In this document: piece after piece, positions 55,764 to 64,000 of the stretch
Position numbering within the stretch: the stretch's first letter is position 1
Layout: the number at the start of each line of letters is the position of its first letter
Assembly (NCBI GenBank): GCA_018052565.1
Contig: JAGPNC010000002.1
Coordinates: 6,648-70,647, forward strand
Direction of reading: 5' to 3'
DNA from: Candidatus Shapirobacteria bacterium
GTDB lineage: Bacteria; Patescibacteriota; Microgenomatia; 0-14-0-10-38-17
DNA length: 64,000 bases
Translations under genes and position numbers: made by a program
The notes under the pieces: generated by a model
Told to the model about the DNA's origin: nothing
Database searches by the model: none
The model's input: only the letters and a program-made list of their open reading frames with translations

Positions 55764-56972
55764 TCACAAGTAAGGCGCCCAATCAGCTAAGGGCATGATA
55801 TTAAAGCTAACGAAATTGATGGCGTAAAGGAAAAGAGGCGGCAAAAGGATAATAAAGGGAATTAAGAATTGCTTCTTTTGAAAAAAATTCTCTCCGCCCA
55901 ACAACAGGAATGGCAGGGCGGGAATCATATAGCGGGCAATATCGCGGTGGGAAACAAAGATTAGAGAAAGATAAAAAATTGCCGGGAAGATAAACAAGAC
56001 ATCATTTTTATATTTTTGCCAAAGAGAGAAAAGAAGAATTCCCCCCAAAAGATAATAAAGATAAACATCCTCCAGCCAAATTGTCCCGACCCATTCTTCT
56101 TTGAAGTCAAAAACTTGGAATGGCGGCCAGAAAAGGTGGATGTTGTCGCCGGTTTTAAAATAAGCCCAAAAATCGCCCGTGGTAATTTGGTAAAGAAAAA
56201 AGACGCTGATGATGCCCAGCGGTGTTAAAAGAATGGGCCAAAATTTTTTGAAAGCTTCTTTGGCCTTGGCCTTGTCTTTTAAGAAAGAAGAAGACTTTAG
56301 AGTCTTAATTAAGGCGGTTAAGCCAAGGGCGCCAGCTAAAAGTACGCCCGGGCTTTTAACCGTTTGGGACAAAATCGCCATGAAGGCGCTTTTGCCATAG
56401 TTTTCTTTTTTAAAAAAGTAAGCCGCACTAATAATAAAAAATAAGAAGAGCGGCTCTGGGCTGGGGATGTTTTTGACTACTAGCCACCGGGCGGGGAAGA
56501 AAGCAAAAAGGGAACTTAAGAGCAAGCTTGTTTTTTTATTTTTACTAACAAGCAGAAGCAATTTATAGAAAGCAAAAATCGCCATCAGGCTGGTGACCTG
56601 AGTGGCAATAATAGCCGCATGGGGAAAGTCAACTTTTGGCAAGCGGGAAAAAAGCCAGATTAAGGCCGGGTAGGCAGGGAAATGAGCAGGGAAATAACTT
56701 GGCGGTAGAGTGTTGGGGAAAAAGGCGTTAATTTTTTGGGGATCATACCAAGTTTTGGCGACGATAATATAATTTAGGCTGTCAAAATTTAGCAAAATGG
56801 TAGAGAAGTTAAATTTTTCGGCATAATTTAAGCCGAAGAAGGAGTTAAGGTGAAAAACAAAAGGAAAATATAAAATAGCCGTTGAAAAAAGAGAGACTAA
56901 AGTTAGTGCCAAAAAGGGGTGAGTCAGAGCCCAGTGTCCAAGGCTTTGGGAAAATTTTTTAATTTTAGCCAT
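55764..56972 (-). CDS. polytopic membrane protein, candidate GT-C-type glycosyltransferase or polymerase
   Basis: 402 aa, about 11 transmembrane segments, conserved-looking loop HRDIARYMIPALP. Confidence 0.4.
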   Translation of the reverse strand: MAKIKKFSQSLGHWALTHPFLALTLVSLFSTAILYFPFVFHLNSFFGLNYAEKFNFSTILLNFDSLNYIIVAKTWYDPQKINAFFPNTLPPSYFPAHFPAYPALIWLFSRLPKVDFPHAAIIATQVTSLMAIFAFYKLLLLVSKNKKTSLLLSSLFAFFPARWLVVKNIPSPEPLFLFFIISAAYFFKKENYGKSAFMAILSQTVKSPGVLLAGALGLTALIKTLKSSSFLKDKAKAKEAFKKFWPILLTPLGIISVFFLYQITTGDFWAYFKTGDNIHLFWPPFQVFDFKEEWVGTIWLEDVYLYYLLGGILLFSLWQKYKNDVLFIFPAIFYLSLIFVSHRDIARYMIPALPFLLLGGENFFQKKQFLIPFIILLPPLFLYAINFVSFNIMPLADWAPYL

Positions 56973-57004
56973 AATTCTTTTTTTAGTATAACAGAATTGT
57001 TAAT

Positions 57005-57125
57005 TTAAAAGTTAAAATTCAAAATGCAAAATTCAAAATTGCAAGTCAAAAGTTAAAAGTTTTTGCTTTAATTTTGAATTTTTAATTGCAATTTTGATTT
57101 TTGACTTTTAACTTTTGAATTTAAA
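57005..57125. repeat. AAAAGT/ACTTTT hexamer hairpin
   Basis: aaaagttaaaattcaaaatgcaaaattcaaaattgcaagtcaaaagttaaaagt ... ttttgaatttttaattgcaattttgatttttgacttttaacttttgaattt. Confidence 0.8.
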
Positions 57126-57193
57126 AAAGTTCTAGCTGCGTTGAAAGAAACGATAACATCCGAATAATAACAGTTGTGTTAAGATAATAAAGA

Positions 57194-58693
57194 ATGATGG
57201 TGAAACATAAAGTGAAATTTCTCCACTGGGTCCCGCTTGTCTTGCTTATTTTTCTCTCCTTTTTTCTTCGCTTTTATAAGCTTGAGGAGTTAACTACTTT
57301 TCTTGATGATCAGGGGCGAGATGTTTTGAAGGCAGCCCAGATTATCAAAGAAAAAAATTTGCCGTTTATTGGCCCCATGGCTTCAATTGGCAATGTTTAT
57401 TTGGGGCCTCTTTATTATTGGGCAATTGCTCCTTTCCTTTGGCTTTTTAATTTTAATCCGGTGGGGCCGGTGGTTTTGGTGGCTCTTTTGGGAGTGCTAA
57501 CTAATATTTTGCTTTTCTTTTTCCTTTGGCGCTATTTTGATAAAACCAGCGCTTTTTTTGCCAGTTTTCTTTACGCTCTCTCACCTTTAATTTTGCAAAA
57601 TAGCCGTTTTTCCTGGAATCCCAACCCCGTGCCCTTCTTTACTCTTCTTTGGTTTATCCTCATGCTAAAATTTTTTGACGAAGAAAAAGGGCGGTGGCTT
57701 TTTGGGGCGGGCATTTGCTTGGGGATTTTGCTCCAGCTTCATTATGTCACCGGCCTTCTTTTGATCTTTACCGTTATTGGGTTTTTATTTTGGTTGGTTA
57801 AAAAAAGCCGCCGAGAAAGTTTTTCTGCTAGCTTTTTGAAGCCCTTTGGCTGGTTAATTTTAGGGGTAATTATTCCCCTAATTCCCTTTATTCTCTTTGA
57901 GTTTAAAAATTATTTTCTTAATACGCGGGCGGCTTGGGAATTTCTTTTTGGTGGCCAAAAAGAGGGAGCCTTGCTGGTAAATCCGCTCGAGCGCGCCCTT
58001 GCCCTTTTAAATCGTTTTCTCCAGGAACTTTTAGGCCTTTCTCGGCCTTCGCCTATACCCATAATTTATTTTGCTTCGACTATTTTTTCTCTTTTTTTGG
58101 CGGGAAGAAAAAAATTAGGCGAAGAGAGAAATAAAGTAGTTTTTCCCGCAATTTTAATTTTAATTTCCACCCCTCTTTTGCTTTGTTTGGCGGTTAAGGA
58201 CGAAATCCATCTTCATTATATTGGCATTCTTTACCCGTTTATTTTTATTATTGTGGCGGCGGGAGACTATTTATGGCGTAAGATTAAGCTTTGGCCATTA
58301 GTAATTTTAAACAGTGCTCTTTTTCTTTGGGCTGGTTATCAGATGGCCACTTGGGATTATCAGCGAATTATTAAGGCGGATAGTAATCACCAGATAGAAA
58401 AAGCAAAGCTGACGGCTGAATATATTGAAAAGGAGGCAGAGGACAAAAATATTTTTGTGGCCTCCTTAACTGGCTCTCCCTCTGCTTATCAATTTCGTTA
58501 TTTTCTTTACGTTCATGGTTTTGCCACTGATTCTTTACACCCTTCCTCTATTTTTGCCGTGTGTTGTGATAATCCTTGCCAGCCAGAAAAAAGCATTATT
58601 TGGGAATTTGCCCAATTTGGGGCTTTAAAAACGGTGAGCGAAAAAATGCTTCCTTATGGAGTGTGGGTGTATGAATTGAAAATAGAAGATTAA
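57194..58693 (+). CDS. GT-C-fold membrane glycosyltransferase (PMT/ArnT-like)
   Basis: 499 aa, about 12 transmembrane segments, first loop LDDQGRDVL (a DD/DE motif typical of GT-C enzymes), no soluble catalytic domain. Confidence 0.5.
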   Translation: MMVKHKVKFLHWVPLVLLIFLSFFLRFYKLEELTTFLDDQGRDVLKAAQIIKEKNLPFIGPMASIGNVYLGPLYYWAIAPFLWLFNFNPVGPVVLVALLGVLTNILLFFFLWRYFDKTSAFFASFLYALSPLILQNSRFSWNPNPVPFFTLLWFILMLKFFDEEKGRWLFGAGICLGILLQLHYVTGLLLIFTVIGFLFWLVKKSRRESFSASFLKPFGWLILGVIIPLIPFILFEFKNYFLNTRAAWEFLFGGQKEGALLVNPLERALALLNRFLQELLGLSRPSPIPIIYFASTIFSLFLAGRKKLGEERNKVVFPAILILISTPLLLCLAVKDEIHLHYIGILYPFIFIIVAAGDYLWRKIKLWPLVILNSALFLWAGYQMATWDYQRIIKADSNHQIEKAKLTAEYIEKEAEDKNIFVASLTGSPSAYQFRYFLYVHGFATDSLHPSSIFAVCCDNPCQPEKSIIWEFAQFGALKTVSEKMLPYGVWVYELKIED

Positions 58694-58791
58694 TCTGTTA
58701 TTTTAGGGCTAATTATTAGGAAAATTCAACTTTTGACTTTTGAATTTAATAAATGTTTTTTGCTTAAATAGAAATTTTAGTGAATCTTAAG

Positions 58792-59559
58792 ATGGCTGAA
58801 AACAAAGGCTCTCTTTTTCTCTCGGTAGTCATTCCCTGCTACAACGAAGAAGAAAATTTGAAACGGGGAGTTTTAAAAGAGGTGGCTGACTACCTTGGGA
58901 AACAGAAATATTCTTGGGAAGTAATCATCTCCGATGATGGCTCTAGCGATAAGAGCAAGGAGCTGGCGCGAAATTTTGTCAAAAATCAGCCCGGCTTCCT
59001 TTTGCTTGAAAATCGGCATGGAGGAAAACCTTATGCGGTTTGGCAGGGGATCAAAAAGGCCCGTGGAGAAATTGTTTTGTTTACCGATATGGACCAGTCA
59101 ACTCCGATTAGGGAAATAGAAAAGCTTTTGCCTTATTTTAAAAAGGGTTATGAGGTGGTTATCGGTTCAAGAGGCTGGAAACGAAGTGGCGCTCCACTTT
59201 ACCGCCAATTAGCGGCTTTTATTTTTTTGCAAGTGCGACGGCTTCTTCTCTTGCCGGAAATTGTTGATACCCAATGCGGTTTCAAGGCTTTTAAAACAAA
59301 AGTGGCTCAAGAACTTTTCCCTAAACTTTCGGTTTTGGAAAACTGGCAAGAAGCTTCCGGCTGGCGGGTAACCGCCTTTGATGTGGAGCTTTTGTTTTTA
59401 GCCAAAAAAAAGGGTTATAAGATTAAAGAGGTGCCGGTTTTATGGCAAGACGAAGATGTGGCTTCAGGCAAAAATAAAAGCTTTGTTAAGGAGTCGCGAC
59501 AGATGCTGGAGCAAATTATTAACGTTAGAAAAAACGAGCGGAAAGGGAAATACCAATAA
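58792..59559 (+). CDS. family 2 glycosyltransferase (Dpm1-like)
   Basis: LSVVIPCYNEEENL...IISDDGSSDKS...FTDMDQSTP. Confidence 0.8.
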   Translation: MAENKGSLFLSVVIPCYNEEENLKRGVLKEVADYLGKQKYSWEVIISDDGSSDKSKELARNFVKNQPGFLLLENRHGGKPYAVWQGIKKARGEIVLFTDMDQSTPIREIEKLLPYFKKGYEVVIGSRGWKRSGAPLYRQLAAFIFLQVRRLLLLPEIVDTQCGFKAFKTKVAQELFPKLSVLENWQEASGWRVTAFDVELLFLAKKKGYKIKEVPVLWQDEDVASGKNKSFVKESRQMLEQIINVRKNERKGKYQ

Positions 59560-59672
59560 AAGTTAAAAGTCAAAAGTTAAAAGTCAAAATTGCAAGTAAA
59601 AATTCAAAAGTAAAGCGAAATTTAACTTTTAAATTGTAATTTTAACTTTTGACTTTTAACTTTTGAATTTAC
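59560..59672. repeat. AAAAGT/ACTTTT hexamer hairpin
   Basis: aaagttaaaagtcaaaagttaaaagtcaaaattgcaagtaaaaattcaaaagtaaagcgaaatttaacttttaaattgtaattttaacttttgacttttaacttttgaattt. Confidence 0.8.
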
Positions 59673-59677
59673 TTTTT

Positions 59678-60817
59678 ATGTTTTGTGCCTTTTCTATTTT
59701 AACTCTTCTTTCTTATCTGGCTCTTTTTTTTCTTTCCTATTGTTGGGTTGACCCGAATCTTACTTTGACTTCCTGGGAGCCGCTGAATCAAATTTTGGAA
59801 CAGTTTAAGCATTTTGGTTATACAAATCCCTCTCTTTCTTCCCGTCTTTACTTATTAATAATTACCATCTTATTTTTGGAGCAAATTTATTTGCTCTTTT
59901 CTCATCTTCTTTCCAAGGCAGAAAGAAAAAAATTGCTGCTTTTGGCGGCGGCGGTTATCTTTTTGGCTGCTCTTTCTTATCCTTTTCTATCCCATGATTT
60001 ATTCAGCTATTTATTTGACGCTAAAATAATTTGGCATTATCAAAAAAATCCCTATCTCTTTTCCCCAAACCAATTTGCTTCTGATCCTTGGTTAAGATTT
60101 ACCCACTGGACTCATCGCACCACTCCTTACGGCCCTGTTTGGTTAGCCTATAGTTTACTGCCGGCGATTTTTTCTTTTGGCCATTTCGCCCTCAACTTTT
60201 ACGGCCTGAAATTGCTCAATGGTTTAGTTTTTTTTGCCGCTGGCTGGTGTTTATTAAAAATTAACCAAGACGATCGGCGAGTTTTTGCTTATTGGTTTTT
60301 TAACCCCTTTTTATTAATTGAGCTGGTGGTTAATAGCCATAATGATTTGTTAATGATTGCTTTGTTTTTCGCCAGTTTGTTTTTTTACCACGAGAGAAAA
60401 AAGCTTGCCGCGGCGGGAGTATTTTTACTATCAGTAGCGACAAAATTTATTACCATCCTTTCTTGGCCCTTGGTTTTTTTTAAAAATCGTCATTTTTGGG
60501 CGACTGGTTTCCTTTTTTTCTTGCTTTTGGGTTTTTCTTGGCAGATTACCCGTTTTCAGCCCTGGTATTTTAGCTGGGCTTTCTTGGCGCTTCCTCTTCT
60601 TGGGCTGACTAATTTTTCTTGGGCAACTGTCTTTGCCGGCCAGTTTCTTCTGCTGGTTTTAAAATATTACCCCTTTTTGGCAACTGGCTCTTGGGAAAAA
60701 ACGGCTCACTTTCAATTTTTTCAAGCTTTCTTTATTTTTTTAGCCTTTTTCTTTTTAGCCCAGTTGCCAGCTCTACAGAAATTTATTTCCAAACGCTTTC
60801 GATCCCGGCCTAATTAG
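59678..60817 (+). CDS. polytopic membrane protein (possible GT87/DUF2029-like glycosyltransferase)
   Basis: About 380 aa with roughly 10 transmembrane segments. Confidence 0.4.
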   Translation: MFCAFSILTLLSYLALFFLSYCWVDPNLTLTSWEPLNQILEQFKHFGYTNPSLSSRLYLLIITILFLEQIYLLFSHLLSKAERKKLLLLAAAVIFLAALSYPFLSHDLFSYLFDAKIIWHYQKNPYLFSPNQFASDPWLRFTHWTHRTTPYGPVWLAYSLLPAIFSFGHFALNFYGLKLLNGLVFFAAGWCLLKINQDDRRVFAYWFFNPFLLIELVVNSHNDLLMIALFFASLFFYHERKKLAAAGVFLLSVATKFITILSWPLVFFKNRHFWATGFLFFLLLGFSWQITRFQPWYFSWAFLALPLLGLTNFSWATVFAGQFLLLVLKYYPFLATGSWEKTAHFQFFQAFFIFLAFFFLAQLPALQKFISKRFRSRPN

Positions 60818-60838
60818 TAATTTGCTATAATTCTAGTT

Positions 60839-62344
60839 ATGAAAAAATTTATTTCCGGTTGTAGCCGTAAGTGGTGGCTATGGCTGGCAGCAGGGATAAT
60901 TCTTTTGTTTTTAACAAGAATAATTAATTTAACCCGTCTACCGATTTTTTGCGATGAAGCGATTTACATTCGCTGGTCGCAGATTGCCTGGAAAGAAGCC
61001 TCTTTACGCTTTATCTCCTTAACTGATGGCAAACAACCCTTTCAAACCTGGATTACCATCCCCTTTTTAAAAGTTTTTCCCGATCCGCTGGTGGCGGGAC
61101 GTCTGCCAGCCGCGCTGGCGGGGATTGCTTTACCTTTCATCTTAACTGCCTTGTCTTTTTTACTTTTTCCCAAGAACAAGAGAGTGCCTCTTTTTGTCTT
61201 TTTCTTGGCAGTTTTTTGTCCCTATCTCTTACTTTATTCCCGGATGGCCTTAGCCGAAGCCTGGTTAACTCTTTTTGCCGCCGGAGCGGTTTTCTTTTCT
61301 TATTTGTTGGCCAAAACAAGGCGTTTAGATGTAGCTCTTTTGGCTGGCGGTTGGTTAGGATTAGCCTTATTAGTTAAATCCCAAGCCTGGTTTTTTGTTC
61401 TTCTTTTCCCCCTTAGCCTTTTATTTGTGCCGGTTGATTTTTCTAAAAAAAATTTTCGTGAAGCAGGGAAATTCTTGGGATTGTTTTTGGTGGCGGTTTT
61501 TGTTGCTTATTTAATTTATAACGTTCAGAGATTATCACCATGGATGAATATGATTGGCCAAAAGAATCAAGGTTTTGTTACCTCCCCCTTGAAAGCGCTG
61601 AAAGAATTACCTATTTTTTGGCAAAACCTCAGGGCTTCTTCTCGCTGGTTTTGGGTTTATTTAACCTGGCCGGTTTGTTTGCTTTCTTTAGCGGGTTTGT
61701 TTTTATGGTTTAAAAAAGATTGGCGGCAGGGGCTTTTTTTGGCCGGTTGGTTTTTCCTGCCTTTTTTGGCCACTAATTTAATTGCCCGGGTTTACAACTC
61801 TCGTTATCTGGCTTTCTTGGCTTTTTTGCCCCTGCTTTGGGCGGCTTTTGGGCTTGCCTGGCTTAAGAAAAAGATTAGCTCCCGATTTTTATGGGGGGTC
61901 ACCCTGCTTTTGATTTTCTTCTTGCCATCTCTAAGATGCTATCAGCTAATTTTTATTCCGGAAGAATTTCCTTTTACCAAAACGGACCGGGGCTATCTTG
62001 AGGGGTGGACTGCCGGTTATGGGATTAAAGAAGTTGTTGCTAACTTGAGGGAAGCTTCCCAAGATAAGCCGGTAATAGTTGGCACCGAGGGCAATTTTGG
62101 TCTTCTATCCCAAGGGCTGGAAATTTATTTTGCCTTTGACCCTAAGGTAGAAGTGGTGGGTTTTTATCCTCTCCCCCAAGAATTGCCGCCGGCTGACTGG
62201 CTTGAGAAAACAAAGGAGAAAAGAGTCTTTTTTGTGATTAATAATACGCCGGGAGATTTCTCCAAAGAGCACTTTGTTTTACGAGGAGAATACCCCAAGG
62301 TTGGTGACAGCGGCTCGCTGCGATTATATGAAGTGGTGGAGTAA
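60839..62344 (+). CDS. GT-C-fold membrane glycosyltransferase (ArnT/PMT family-like)
   Basis: The first periplasmic loop is PIFCDEAIYIRWSQIAWKE (DExxY-type motif). About 12 transmembrane segments and a C-terminal soluble domain of about 130 aa. Confidence 0.55.
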   Translation: MKKFISGCSRKWWLWLAAGIILLFLTRIINLTRLPIFCDEAIYIRWSQIAWKEASLRFISLTDGKQPFQTWITIPFLKVFPDPLVAGRLPAALAGIALPFILTALSFLLFPKNKRVPLFVFFLAVFCPYLLLYSRMALAEAWLTLFAAGAVFFSYLLAKTRRLDVALLAGGWLGLALLVKSQAWFFVLLFPLSLLFVPVDFSKKNFREAGKFLGLFLVAVFVAYLIYNVQRLSPWMNMIGQKNQGFVTSPLKALKELPIFWQNLRASSRWFWVYLTWPVCLLSLAGLFLWFKKDWRQGLFLAGWFFLPFLATNLIARVYNSRYLAFLAFLPLLWAAFGLAWLKKKISSRFLWGVTLLLIFFLPSLRCYQLIFIPEEFPFTKTDRGYLEGWTAGYGIKEVVANLREASQDKPVIVGTEGNFGLLSQGLEIYFAFDPKVEVVGFYPLPQELPPADWLEKTKEKRVFFVINNTPGDFSKEHFVLRGEYPKVGDSGSLRLYEVVE

Positions 62345-64000
62345 AATTGCAAAATACCAGAATTTTCTTTGGCTAGGGCTGTTTTTGACGGCCAACGTGG
62401 TTCTTTTGTTGCCTGTTTTAGGCAGGGACCAGTTTTTCCCTTCTCATGACGATACCTGGATTATCCGCCTCCAGCAGTTCGACCGGGCGATTAAGCTGGA
62501 ACAGATCCCGCCGCGCTTGGCTCCTGACATGGCTTTTGGCTTTGGCTATCCGCTTTTTGTTTACTATTCGCCTCTTTTTACTTTTCTTTCCTGGCTTTTT
62601 TTAAAAATCGTTGGTTCTTACTCTTTGGCGGTAGTTTTAACGATTGTTTTGGTCAATTTTTTGGGAACTTGGGGGATGTTTCTTTTGGCAAAGAAATTCT
62701 TTGGTCTTGCGGGAGGGCTTGTTGCCGCGTTGGCCTTCACTTTTTTGCCCTACCGGGCATTGGATGTTTATGTGCGTGGCGCCTTCGCAGAACTAACCGC
62801 TTTCTCTCTTTTGCCTTTTTTCTTTTACTTTTTCTTTGGTCTTTTCTCCGGCGAAAAAAGAAAGAAAAACGCCCTGGGGCTTGTTTTAACCACCGTTGGC
62901 CTTGTTCTTTCCCATAACTTGATGCTCATTATTTTAGCTTATCTTTCCCTGCCGCTCTTAATTTTAGCTTTTTGGCAGTTATTTCGCCAACGCCTTCCCT
63001 GGCGCTGGCCGATCTTAGTTATCTTTCTTGTTCTCTTCCTAAGCGCTTTTTATTGGTTGCCAATGATAGTCGGTTTGGATAATGTTCAGGCAATTAATCA
63101 GGCCCAAAAAACTTCTTTTGCCGATCATTTTGTTTATCTTGGCCAGCTTTGGAATTGGCCGTGGGGTTTTGGCGGTTCCGACATCGGTTTAGCTGACGGG
63201 ATGTCTTTTAAAATTGGTAAAGTTCATTTGCTCTTAGCCTTAGGGGGATTATTAGCTTTATTCTTAGGCAAAAAATGGCCAAAAGAAATTATCTGTTTGC
63301 TAATTATAGGTTTTTTATCGTTTTTCTTTTGTTTATCCTCTTCTTCATTTTTTTGGAAAAATCTCCCTTATTTAGCGGTGGTTCAATTTCCGTGGCGTTT
63401 CTTGGGACCCTTAAGCCTGGTAGTTTCTTTTTTCGCCGGAGGAATTATTCTTCTACCAGAAGCAATTCATTTTTTGAAATTTCCCGCCATCCTTAAAAAA
63501 TTTGGGATGGGATTAATTATTTTGGTAAGCATCAGCGGCTTAATATATTTTAATTTAAAATATTTTGTCCCGCGATTTAAGATTTATCAGGCCGATGAAG
63601 TTTATTTAACTCCGGAAAGGATCGCTCAGGCAGCAAAGGTGATCCCGGAATATTTGCCCCGTTGGGCAAGCTCCTGGCCAGAGGAAAAGCCGGTACAAGC
63701 CGTAGAGGTAGAGAAGGGGAAGGTGAAAATATCTCTTGACTCCCCTTATAAAATTATTTTTAAAGTTGAAGAAGAGAAGCCGGAATCGATCGTTGTTAAC
63801 CGCTTTTATTTTCCCGGCTGGCAAGCCAAAAGCGGTTCGGGAGAAAAAATAAGCCTTGGGCCGGAAGAAGGGAGAGGCAGAATTGTTTTCGCTTCTGAGG
63901 TTGAAAAAGATGAGGAGATATCAGTTTTTTTTGCCCCCACTTTAGTAGAAAAAATAAGCATAGGCTTATCGGTTTTGGGGTTAGTTCTTTTGCTGTTGGT
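62328..64000 (+). CDS. large polytopic membrane protein (candidate GT-C/YfhO-like), 3' end outside window
   Basis: ATG at 62328 in frame 0 overlaps the previous gene by 17 nt. I checked the frame as open at several points through 64000 (…RDQFFPSHDDTWIIRLQQFDRAIKLEQIPPRL… / …RFYFPGWQAKSGSGEKISLGPEEGRGRIVFASE…). It is missing from the ORF track only because it has no stop inside the window. Confidence 0.55.
   Translation, partial: MKWWSKIAKYQNFLWLGLFLTANVVLLLPVLGRDQFFPSHDDTWIIRLQQFDRAIKLEQIPPRLAPDMAFGFGYPLFVYYSPLFTFLSWLFLKIVGSYSLAVVLTIVLVNFLGTWGMFLLAKKFFGLAGGLVAALAFTFLPYRALDVYVRGAFAELTAFSLLPFFFYFFFGLFSGEKRKKNALGLVLTTVGLVLSHNLMLIILAYLSLPLLILAFWQLFRQRLPWRWPILVIFLVLFLSAFYWLPMIVGLDNVQAINQAQKTSFADHFVYLGQLWNWPWGFGGSDIGLADGMSFKIGKVHLLLALGGLLALFLGKKWPKEIICLLIIGFLSFFFCLSSSSFFWKNLPYLAVVQFPWRFLGPLSLVVSFFAGGIILLPEAIHFLKFPAILKKFGMGLIILVSISGLIYFNLKYFVPRFKIYQADEVYLTPERIAQAAKVIPEYLPRWASSWPEEKPVQAVEVEKGKVKISLDSPYKIIFKVEEEKPESIVVNRFYFPGWQAKSGSGEKISLGPEEGRGRIVFASEVEKDEEISVFFAPTLVEKISIGLSVLGLVLLLL

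Noticed and set aside
6948-59672. Possibility that the hexamer runs are a CRISPR array
   Set aside because: There is no constant direct repeat alternating with unique spacers. The units are degenerate 6-mers arranged as inverted arms. No cas genes are present.

Overview
This 64 kb window appears to come from a small, AT-rich bacterial genome that uses the standard genetic code (TGA, TAA and TAG all act as stops). Gene content and architecture resemble Candidate Phyla Radiation/Patescibacteria genomes. I support about 58 protein genes and one tRNA-Glu; they are mostly housekeeping genes packed tightly on both strands.

Recognisable genes include the cysteine desulfurase plus Fe-S scaffold pair nifS-nifU, tatD, a heterodimeric pair of ABC exporters, ruvCAB, efp, lon, greA, lysS, serS, a MiaB-like methylthiotransferase, secA, prfB and the ftsE-ftsX-M23 peptidase module. 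Also present are tsaE with a minimal tsaB, rtcB, rmlA-like plus rmlBCD, trmD, two HIT proteins and a UDP-glucose 6-dehydrogenase.

Two things stand out. First, a very large cell-envelope glycosylation locus (about 41-64 kb, with a smaller outlier at 3.2-5.6 kb) combines dTDP-rhamnose synthesis and a UDP-glucose dehydrogenase with three Dpm1-like GT2 enzymes, one fused to a GtrA domain. It also holds five to seven polytopic membrane proteins that look like lipid-linked-sugar (GT-C) glycosyltransferases, and a PAP2-polyprenol-kinase-like fusion.

Second, palindromic repeat families occur at extraordinary density. Long imperfect hairpins built from AAAAGT/ACTTTT hexamer runs sit in at least 17 intergenic spacers, often carrying a GC-rich double-hairpin core (CCCGCCCAAGGCGGG-TCCGCCTCTGGCGGA-AAAAGT). 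A palindromic element of about 170 bp occurs three times around the ABC exporter pair and once more interrupted by a nested element. A second miniature-transposon-like family has GGCTGGGACATAA-like terminal inverted repeats. Most strikingly, two of these repeat types lie in frame inside secA and tatD.

A frameshifted GNAT acetyltransferase pseudogene and about 2.5 kb of decayed, gene-poor DNA lie at the left end. I found no CRISPR array, transposase gene or rRNA. All calls rest on motif-level reading of the supplied translations and sequence; no database search was possible.
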